Made by a program: the position numbers and the translations under genes
Notes under the pieces: generated by a model
What the model was told of the DNA's origin: nothing
The model's database searches: none
Seen by the model: the letters and a program-made list of their open reading frames with translations, nothing else
NCBI RefSeq assembly: GCF_004010195.1
Contig: NC_057720.1
Coordinates: 26,385,361 to 26,426,381 of the forward strand
DNA: 41,021 bases
Origin: Chiloscyllium plagiosum
Taxonomy: Eukaryota
Direction of reading: 5' to 3'
In this document: positions 12,576-21,478 of the stretch, piece after piece
Numbering within the stretch: position 1 is the first letter of the stretch
Layout: every line of letters begins with the position of its first letter

Positions 12576-14785
12576 CAATACATGGTGAGCAGAAATTTTC
12601 TCTGAGAAAGCACTTGAAAAGCTGTAACTGTTGTCTCCAGTGACTGCTCTAAACCCTCTTCCCAACTCTACCCCTCTCCCTGGCAACTGTCAGATCACAG
12701 CCATCTATTTGCAACTTTTGTATCATATTTGATCCCAAGATGAGTTTCTGGTTACACATTCATGCCATCACTAAGACTATAATTTCCACCTCTGTAGCAT
12801 TCCCAAACATCATTCTTGTCCCAGCTGATGTGCTGCTGAAACCAGTATTTATATTTCTGTTACCTCTGGACCTGACTATTTTAGTGTTGCTGATCGCAAG
12901 AATTCTATCCTCCATGAAACTGTGGTAACCTAAATCTCAGCTGTCCATGTCTTAGTTTGCATTGAAAAGCGTGATGCGCAGCCGGTCAGGCAGCATCTGA
13001 GAAGCAGGAGAGTCGAAGTTTCAAGCATGAGCTCTTCATCAGGAATGAGGGGGTGGCCCAAGGGGGCTGAGAGATAAATGGGATGGGAATGTGGTTGAGC
13101 GGAAGGTAGCTGGGAATGCGATTGGTAGATGAAGGTAGGGGAGGTGATGGTGATAGGTCGGAGAGGAGGTTGGAGGGCACAGGCGGGAAGGAAGATGGAC
13201 AAATAGGACAATTTAAGAGGGCAGTACCGAGTTGGAAGGTTTGGATCTGGGATAAGGTGGGGGGAGGGGATATGAGGAAACTAGTGAAATTGACATTGAT
13301 CCCGTGTGGTTGGAAGGTGCCAAGACGGAAGATGAGGCGTTCTTCCTCCAGGTGTCGGGTAGCTAGAGTTTGGCAGTGGAGACGGCCCAGGACTTGCATG
13401 TACTTGGTGGAGTGGGAGGGGGGAGTTAAAGTGTTCAGCCACGGGGCGGTGGGGTTGGTTGGTGCATTTGTCCCGGAAATGTTTTCTGAAATGATCTGCA
13501 AGTTGGCGTCCTGTCTCCCCATTGTAGAGGAGGCCACATCGAGAGCAACGGACATAGTAGATAATGTGTGTGGAAATATAGGTAAATCTCTGTTGGATGT
13601 GGAAGAATTCTTTGGGGCCTTCGAGGGAGGTGAGGGGAGAAGTGTAGGCGCAGGTTTTGCATTTCTTGCAGTGGTAAGGGAAGGTGCTGGGTGTGCAGGG
13701 GGTGTTAGTGAGGAGCGTGGACCTAACAAGGAATTCACAGTCGGAATGGTCTCTGCGGAACACAGATAGGTGTGGGGAGGGAAATATACCCCTGTTGGTG
13801 GGGCTTATTTGTAAGTGGAGGAAATGGCAGAGGATGATGTGATGTATCCAGAGGTTGGTGGAGTGGAAGGTGACCACCAGGGGGCTTCTCTCCTCGTTGC
13901 GATTGGAGGGGTGGGATTCTAGGGCGGAGGTGCGGGAAGCAGAGGAGATGTGCTAGAGGACATCATCAATCATGTGAGAGGGGAAATTGTGGGAAATTGA
14001 AGAAGGAGGCCATCTGGGCTGTTCTATGATGAAAATGGTCCTTCTGGCAGAGGAATTGGAGGAGGTGTTTTTACAAGAGGCAGGAGGAGGTGCTGTGGGA
14101 GGAGGTGCAGTCCAGGTAGCTGTGGGAGTCGGTGGGTTTGTAGTCGATATCTGTGTAGAATTGGTTGCCGGAAATGGAGATGGCAAGGTCCAGGAAGGGG
14201 GGTGTTCAAGATGGTCCAGGTGAACTTGAGGTCAGAGTGGAAGGTGTTAGTGAAGTTGATGAACTGTTTAACCTCCTCATGGGAGCACAAGATGGCACCG
14301 ATACAGTCATCGATGTAGTAGAGGAAAAGGTGGGGAGTGGTGCGGGTGTCACTGCAGAAGATGGACTGTTCCACGTACCCGACAAAGCGGCAGGCATAGC
14401 TGGGTGCCCATGGCTATTCCTTTGGTCTGGAGGAAGTGGGAGGATTCAAAGGAGAATTTGTTGAGGGTGAGGACCAGTTCAGCCAATCAAATGAGTGTGT
14501 CAGTGGAAGGGTACAGGTTGGGTCTTTGAGAGAGGAAGAAATGAAGAGCTTAGAAGCCTTCGTTGTGGCGAATCGCTGTATATAGGAAATGGATGTCCAT
14601 GGTAAAGATCAGGCTTTGGGGGCCAGGGAAACAAAAATCATGGAGGAGGTGGAGGGCGTGGGTGGTGTCCCAAATGTATGTGGGGAGTTCCTCAACCAAG
14701 GGGGACAGGGTGGTGTCAAGGTATGCAGAGCTGAAAATGTGTTGCTGGAAAAGTGCAGCAAGTCAGGCAGCTTCCAAGGAGCAGG

Positions 14786-14824
14786 AGAATCGACGTTTCG
14801 GGCATGAGCCCTTCTTCAGGAATG
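14786..14824 (-). ncRNA. Minimal type-I hammerhead ribozyme motif with intact core
   Basis: Minus strand: attc-CTGAAGA-A-GGGC(TCAT)GCCC-GAAA-C-GTC-gattctc. CUGANGA and GAAA boxes, 4-bp stem II, palindromic ACGU stem III and a GUC site. Stem I is weak. Confidence 0.8.
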
Positions 14825-15004
14825 ACGTTCGATGTCTCGCCGCGTGTTGAACTCGTTAATCCGAGAGCGTAGGGGAATGAAGGTGAGGCCTCTGCCGAGG
14901 ACTGATCTTTCATCCTCAGAGAGGGGGAGTTCTGGAGGGATGGTGAAAACACAGCAGGGAACTAGGACCTGGTGTGGGACTGGAGCTGGGAGTGGGGCTG
15001 CGGC

Positions 15005-15240
15005 TAGGCGTGGGGGCTGGAATCGGGGCAGGGACGGAGATCCGGGCGGGGGTGGGATTCGGCGTGGGGACGGAGATCTGCGTGGGGGTGGGGTTAGGCT
15101 TGCGAATGGAGATCGGTGTGGGGGCAGGGTTAAGCGTACGGACAGAGATCGGCATGGGGGTGGGGTTAGGCTGGTGACGGAGATCAGCGTAGGGGCGGGG
15201 TTAGGCATAGTGACGAAGATCGGTGTGGGGGCGGAGATGC
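15005..15240 (-). repeat. 36-bp coding tandem repeat (about 6 copies) in the nested PLE ORF
   Basis: A GGAGATC-like anchor recurs at 15036, 15072, 15108, 15144, 15179 and 15215. Translates to PNPAPTPISVxT-like 12-mers. Confidence 0.85.
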
Positions 15241-16192
15241 ATGCGGCGTGGTCGTTGTGCAGGTGAGTGATGTCACTGAGGGCGGAAGTGGCTGCGGCGA
15301 TGGCAACCCAGGGGACGGAAATGGCAGTAGCGACGGCAGAAACGGTGTTGTTCCCGATAGCCGTGCACCCCGCGGAGGCCGCGAATCTGTCAGCGATGGT
15401 CTTCCTGGCGATCGTGGAGGCGGTTGTCTGGGCGGCGATCGCGGAGGCTGCAACGTCGGTGGGGGCGGAAGTGACGTCATGGTTCGCGGCGGCGATTGCT
15501 GCAGCGGGCGCGTGGTTAATGGCGCCTGAGTGATTTCGAAGGCCAATGGAAGATTCTGGAACAGTTGAGGAACCCAGAGTGTGGGGGTAAGTACATGAAA
15601 GTTTTTGGTACTTACTGTCTTTAATTTCCGATATGGCTAGGAAGAATTGTTTGTTTGCAAAGGATATCCACAGAACTTCTTCTGTGGATGTCCTTTGCAA
15701 GTCTGTGAGAGTGTTGTCCTGAGCTGGGGTAGGTCTAATTGCAGGGAATGTAGGTAGCGGCGCATGGCTGCAAGCGTGGAGCAGAGGATCCGGAAGGTCT
15801 GTTGCTGGAGGCTTCAGATTTATTGTAGGTACTAGTTGTCCAGGTTGGGTCCAAATCTTGTTGGTCTGAATGTAGTCCGGAGTGCAGGGTCAGTCGGTTC
15901 CGTAGGCAGGTGCTGAGGAAGGAGGTGTGGCTGTGGTAGTGAGTCTGTTTGAGAATGTGGCTGAAGAGCTTCTGGGCAGAGGAGATGACCTGGGGTGTGC
16001 AGTGAAAGAGGGACACACTGAAATCCTTGTAGAGGGAGGAAGAGAGCTTCTTCAAGGAAGGCATCCTTGCAAGAGGATTCGCAGTAGGTTAAAATCTTCT
16101 AGGAGAAAGTGAGGACTGCAGATGCTGGAGATCAGAGCTGAAAATGTGTTGCTGGAAAAGCGCAGCAGGTCAGGCAGCATCCAAGGAGCAGG

Positions 16193-16232
16193 AGAATTGA
16201 CGTTTCGGGCATGACCCCTTCTTCAGGAATGA
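16193..16232 (-). ncRNA. Hammerhead ribozyme motif (second copy; core intact, stems slightly mutated)
   Basis: Minus strand: attc-CTGAAGA-A-GGGGTCATGCCC-GAAA-C-GTC-aattctc. Confidence 0.7.
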
Positions 16233-17837
16233 GGCATTCCTGAGGCTGCGCTTTTCCAGCTACACATTTTCAGCTCTGATCTCCAGCATCTGCAGTCCTC
16301 ACTTTCTCCTCAAGGTATGCAGAGGCAAGTTCGGTGGGGCAGGAACAGGCTGAGACAATGGGTTAACCGGGGCAGTCAGGTTTGTGCATCATGGGTAGGA
16401 GGTAGAGCTGGGGGTGTGGGGTTCTCAAACTGTGAGTTTGGAGATCCCCAGAGGTGATGAAGTTGTAGATGGTCTAGGAGATAATGGTTTGGTGATGGGA
16501 GGTGAGATTGTGATCAAGGGGGCAGTAGGAGGAAGTGCCCGCAAGTTAGCGCCTGGCTTCAACAGTGTAGAGATCAGTGCACCAAACTACCATAACTCTC
16601 CCTTGTCCACTGATTTGATTGTGATGTGGGGTTGGAGTGGAGGGAATGGAGGGCTATGCATTGCGAGGGTGAGAGATTGGAGTGGGTGAGAGGGTTGGAC
16701 AGGTTGAGGTAATCAAGGTAACAGAGACAATTAGAGATGAAGAGATCGAGGGCGGGTAACAGACCAGCACGGGGTGTCTGGGTGGGTGGAGTATGTTGGA
16801 GGTAGGAGAAGGGATCCTGAAAGAGTGGGCGGGGGTCTGATGGGAAAAGTAAGTACAGACGCAGAGGTGGCAGAAGAAGAGCTTGATGTTGCAACACGTA
16901 CTGAATTCATTGATCCGGGAGCGTAGGGGAATGAAGGTGAGGCCTTTATTGTTTATCCTCAGTGAGGGGAAGGTCTAGGGAGGATGGTAAAAACATTGCA
17001 GGGCTGGAACATATGTTATTCATAATGACATCGGTGGTGTTCCAGTGAGTGCCGTCAGTGGTGGGGGGAGGTGACTGAGGTGGCAGCAACAACTATGGGG
17101 GCGGAAGTGACGTCATCGTTTGCTGCAGTGGTGGTGACTGAAGCGGCCGTGTGGCTAATGGCGGCAGAGCAGTTCCTAAGGCCGGGAAAAGCTTCTGGAA
17201 TGATCAAGGAATCCCGGGTTTGGAGGTAAGTACTTGAGAGTTTGGTGTACTTATGATCTTTGATGTCGGATATGGTGGAGAAAAAATGTTTGTTGAGTGT
17301 GTGGATTCTTCTGAGGATAAAGAACAGCAAAGGTCCTTTGCAGGTCTGAGAGACTGTGGCCCTGAGCTGCAGCAGGGCTGTCTACAGGGAGAGTACATGG
17401 CAGTGCATGGCTGCGAGTGCGAAACAGAGGATCCAAAGGGAAAACCATTCCTGGAGGCTTTGGATTTGCTGTTCGTAGTGGTTGTCCTGGTCTGGTCCAA
17501 ATTGTGATGGTCTGAACGTAGTCCGGAGTCCATGTGGGATCAGTCGGTTCCATAGGCAGGCACTGAGGAACTACGTCTTAGTTTGCACCAAGTCAAATGT
17601 TCCCTCTGGTGATTTTTACTCTTGTATAGACCTCCATCAGCTGTAGGTGGCAACAGCTTTCGAAAGCAGAACTCACTGCATCGGCACATCAGTCGGCCTA
17701 GAACCTTCAAGTAGCAGCATAGTCACACAGTTTAGGGGAGCACTGACCAAGATGTCTTTCACTATCAGCAATATGATCTCACCTACATTTGCTCCCAGTC
17801 TAGAAAACCTTATGTTTAAAATTCCCTTCCTAATTTT

Positions 17838-18143
17838 TAGATTAGATTAGATTATTTACAGTGTGGAAACATGCCCTTCGGCCCAACAAGTCCACACCGA
17901 CCCTCCAAAGAGCAACCCACCCAGACCCATTCCCCTACATTTACCCCTTCACCTAACACTACGGGCAATTTAGCATGGCCAATTGACCTAACCTGCACAT
18001 TTTTGGGCTGTGGGAGGAAACCGGAGCAAACCCCGCAGACACGGGAAGAATGTGCAAACTCCACACAGACAGTTGCCTGAGGTGGGAACTGAACTTGGGT
18101 CTCTGGCACTGTGAGGCAACAGTGTTAACCACTGCGCCACCGT
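17838..18143 (-). mobile_element. HE1-type V-SINE
   Basis: (tctaa)n tail, V-domain, and head cacggtggcgcagtggttaacactg on the minus strand. Confidence 0.9.
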
Positions 18144-18432
18144 GTGATTCCTCTGTGATTTCATTGATTTTCTCCATTTAAGATGGCCACAGTCTGGATA
18201 TTCCCAGTTATATTCTGCCCATTATTAGTGTTGAGCCTTCAGTTGTCCCGGGCATAAATTTTGGAATTCCCTCCCTCCAACTCCTGACTCTTCTACCTCA
18301 CTTTCCTGCTTTAACAGACTCCTTAAAACTTCTTCTTTGACAAAAGCTTTGGTCATCGGATCAAATATCTCATTCTGTGTCTTGCTATTATCTTATTCAT
18401 AAAATTCCAGCGAAGCAGCTTATGACTTTTGT

Positions 18433-18572
18433 CATGATTTGGAGATGCCAGTGTTGGACTCAGGTGTACAAAGTTAAAAATCAGGTGGTTGATGAAGGAA
18501 TGGCGCTCTGAAAGCTAGTGTGCTTCCAATTAAACCTGTTGGACTATAACCTGGTGTTGTGTGACTTTTAGC
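18433..18572. mobile_element. Mini-PLE (family B): inverted plus direct repeat pieces
   Basis: Inverted catgatttggagatgccagtgttggact..gtacaaagttaaaaatc, then direct gatgaaggaatggcgctctgaaagctagtg..ggactataacctggtgttgtgtga. TSD TATGACTTTTGT at 18421-18432 and 18573-18584. Confidence 0.8.
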
Positions 18573-19407
18573 TATGACTTTTGTGTCATGGTAAAAGTAC
18601 TGTTCCATTAGAATTTATTTTTTGAACAAGTTAAGGTAATGTCATGTAAGAGGATCTTGAAGAAAAGTGGTCAAAAAGATATCCACATATCACATGATTT
18701 TCACGTTGCCATAGCGAAGATCTAAACACCTGGATGAAGAATTATTAAACACTTTCTCCAACAGTGATGGGCCCTTGAAATGACCAGCCTCAGAATGATC
18801 AAAGTTTGTTCTGATTTTAATCATTCAAGAAAAAAAGAGCAGTAAAATTTTGACTTGTGAAATTGCTATAGGGTTACCAAAGAAAACTATCTTTAAGAAA
18901 AATCAATCACTCTTTGTGAAAGATTATTTTGGAGCTTTTCTATTTAATTTCTATAAAATGAACAGAAGATGTCAGAAGACTGCACCATTATGACTTGGTT
19001 GTACAACCTGTAATTGACAAACATATATTTCCAAATTTCCAATACTTCCCATATGGAAGTATTAGGGAACCAGAACACGTTCTCGATGTTGTGTTTCAAT
19101 TATACGTCTACCATGTACAGACTACAACTCAAAAGCAACTGACTGTACCAATCAATGCAATGAGACACGTGCACTAAATTGTTGCAACTCAAATCCAATG
19201 TTACAGGCATTATGTCACCCCAAGCAACCTGAAATCAAACATGTATCCAAAAGGTGCTATGAGGGCCATGCCTTGCAGATCTTTTTCAAAAACAGCATTA
19301 ATGAGTAGGAAGTCGGTTAAGTGTAATGCATTGATCTAGGACATTGCACTGTCCCAAATCACTGTCGAGCACTGATAGGTCTCATTTAGCTTCAAATCAA
19401 CCATGTT

Positions 19408-19795
19408 GGTACAAAGTTAGAAATCACACAACACCAGGTTATAGCCCAACAGGCTTATTTGGATGCACTAGCTTTTGGAGTGCTGCTCCTTTATCAGGTG
19501 ATTGTGGAAAGTAAGATCATGATTACAGAATTTAAAGCAAAAGCTTACAGTGTGATGCAACTGAAATTATCTATTGAGAAAGATCTGGATTGTATATTTT
19601 TAATATATAATTTCAGTTACATCACACTGTAAACTTTTGCTATAAATTCTGTGTCTTATGATTTTATGCTCCACAACCACCTGATGGAGCAGTGCTCCGA
19701 AAGCTAGTGCTTCCAAATAAATCTGTTGGACTATAACCTGGTGTTGTGTGCTTTCCAACTTTGTCCACCCCAGTCCAACACCAGTTCCTCCAACT
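19408..19795. mobile_element. Fold-back family B PLE repeat (arms about 170-180 bp)
   Basis: acaaagttagaaatcacacaacaccaggttatagcccaacagg...ctgaaattat is mirrored by ataatttcag...ctgttggactataacctggtgttgtgtgctttccaactttgt. Confidence 0.85.
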
Positions 19796-19857
19796 ATTAG
19801 TACACAGCATCAATTAGACTCAAGCTTGTGGTTTTGTTATTTAGAGTTAAACTTTTC

Positions 19858-20285
19858 TAGCATCAGCTATAGGGAGAGGCTGAACAGACTGGGACTGTTT
19901 TACCTGGAGCGTCAGAGACTGAGGGGTGACCTTATAGAGGTTTACAAAATTATGAGGGGCATAGGTAGGGTAAATAGGCAAAGTCTTTTCTCTGGGGTCG
20001 AGGAGTCCAGAACTAGAGGGCATAGGTTTAGGACGAGAGGGGAAAGATATAAAAAAGACCTATGGGGCAACTTTTTCACACAGAGGGTGGTACATGTATG
20101 GAATGAGCTGCCAAAGGAAGTGGTGGAGGCTGGTACAATTGCAACATTTAAGAGGCATTTGGATGGGTATATGAATAGGAAGGGTTTGGAGGGATATGGG
20201 CCGGGTGCTGGCAGGTGGGACGAGATAGGGTTGGGATATGTGGTCAGCATGGACAGGTTGGACTGAGGGGTCTCTATGACTCTAT
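19858..20285 (+). mobile_element. CR1 3' fragment
   Basis: SYRERLNRLGLFYLERQRLRGDLIEVYKIMRG...RTRGH...WNELP, followed by a ctctatga tail. Confidence 0.92.
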
Positions 20286-21339
20286 AAATGGAATAGTATT
20301 CTCAAAGTCAGGCCACTGGGTAATTACAATCTGTTTGAACTGTCAGATATACAGTGCTTTTACGTAAATGCTCTTGCGTCACTGAAATCGTGAAATCATC
20401 AGCTTTCCTCTAGATAGCTGCTTCCTTATCTTACATGTATAATGCCAACCAAACAAAGTGCAAAAATAATGTCTGTGTGGTGAGACCCTATAATACGTGG
20501 ATATGCCATACATCTTAGATACCAGGCATGCCATGATACAGTTACACTGCAGTTTATGGATAAAGGTGACATATTTAATGGATCATAAACTGTCTTTGTC
20601 CTTTCCAGATACTAACTAATCCGTTGAGTATTTCTAGCATTTGATGGTCTTATTTAAGATTTGCTATATTTCCTTTTCATTTTAATTCCATTATTGAACA
20701 CGAGCCAGCTGAGCTTCCCAGATAACATTACTCCAAACTTATCTTCAAAAGCACACAGACCATCCTGTCTCCGATTATTTTGATCCATAGCAACTCCAAG
20801 GAAGTATGGTTCTCAATCCAACTCGACAATGCTCCATTTTTGGAGGAGTTAAACAAAGCAGCCTCCAAAAGGACCTGGATTCATTTCTCGGTTGAAAATG
20901 ACATATATTCCAGGCTCTTGCTTTGTTTCAAACTGTTTGATGGCCAAATTTGACAGTATCCCACAAAAAACCAGGCACAGTATTGCTCTTAACTATTAAC
21001 TATTACTATAAATTAACCATTGCCAACCCTGTGCAGTTTGTGAAACTCAAGAGACTGATGCTGAAGGGATTGCAGTATCTATCCAAAGCTGTTGCAAGGT
21101 TGATTTGCTGGATGTCTGAGCAAAATTCGGAAGTAATTAGTATGAGCTAAAGCTAGCCTGTAGTGCCTAAAGACAGCCTACAGCTTCTCAACAGGAGGGC
21201 TATCGAAGTTGCACCAAGTGCAGGGAGATCTGTCAGGGTTGAATCTAACCTGAAAAAGTCATCGCAATGAAAAAACATAGGAGAGATCAGGCTTCACCTT
21301 GGTGCTCTGGAAACTTGCCCATAGGGCACAAAAATGTGG

Positions 21340-21478
21340 GGTCTAGATTAGAGTGGTGCTGGAAAAGCACAGCAGTTCTGACAGCATCCAAGGAGCAGTA
21401 AAATCGACGTTTCAGGCAAAAGCCCTTCATCAGGAATACAGGCAGAGAGCCTGACGGGTGGAGAGATAAATGAGAGGT
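21340..21478 (-). mobile_element. PLE terminal repeat with intact hammerhead core (21401-21437)
   Basis: Minus strand: attc-CTGATGA-A-GGGC(TTTT)GCCT-GAAA-C-GTC-gatttt, then ggatgctgtcagaactgctgtgcttttccagcaccactctaatc. Confidence 0.82.

Larger units (their letters stand above)
14731..16309 (-). mobile_element. Nested non-autonomous PLE derivative: inverted repeat, terminal repeat, N-terminal ORF only, terminal repeat
   Basis: TSD TCAAGGTATGCAGAG at 14716-14730 and 16310-16324. The ORF runs from MPSLKKLSS (16064) to GLTFIPLRSRINEFNTRRDIE, then joins a second terminal repeat. No RT or endonuclease inside. Confidence 0.88.
12962..17574 (-). mobile_element. Penelope-like element (Neptune-type): N-terminal region, RT and GIY-YIG endonuclease, decayed, carrying a nested insertion
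   Basis: RT motif FLYYIDDCIG (14024-14374). Cys linker CKKCKTC and GIY-YIG IIYYVRCSRCGLLYNGETGRQLADHFRKH (13281-13877). C-terminus EEERLIFRLGTFQPHGINVNF. Hammerhead-like 3' repeat at about 13010-13047. Perfect 13-bp TSD GTCTTAGTTTGCA at 12949-12961 and 17575-17587. Confidence 0.92.
10850..18600 (+). mobile_element. Old L2-type LINE surviving in pieces (about 10850-11070, 12600-12961, 17575-17837, 18144-18432) around nested insertions
   Basis: L2-like remnants cccctaggatctatc..ctcctttttctcatttctatg, atatttgatcccaagatgag and tggaattccctccct..ctccttaaaac. The TSD of the inner PLE shows 12961 and 17575 were adjacent. Family assignment is from memory of L2 motifs. Confidence 0.55.

Noticed and set aside
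13116..15533. Plus-strand Gly/Arg/Val-rich ORFs
   Set aside because: These are antisense shadows of the C-rich PLE coding strand and its 36-bp repeat.
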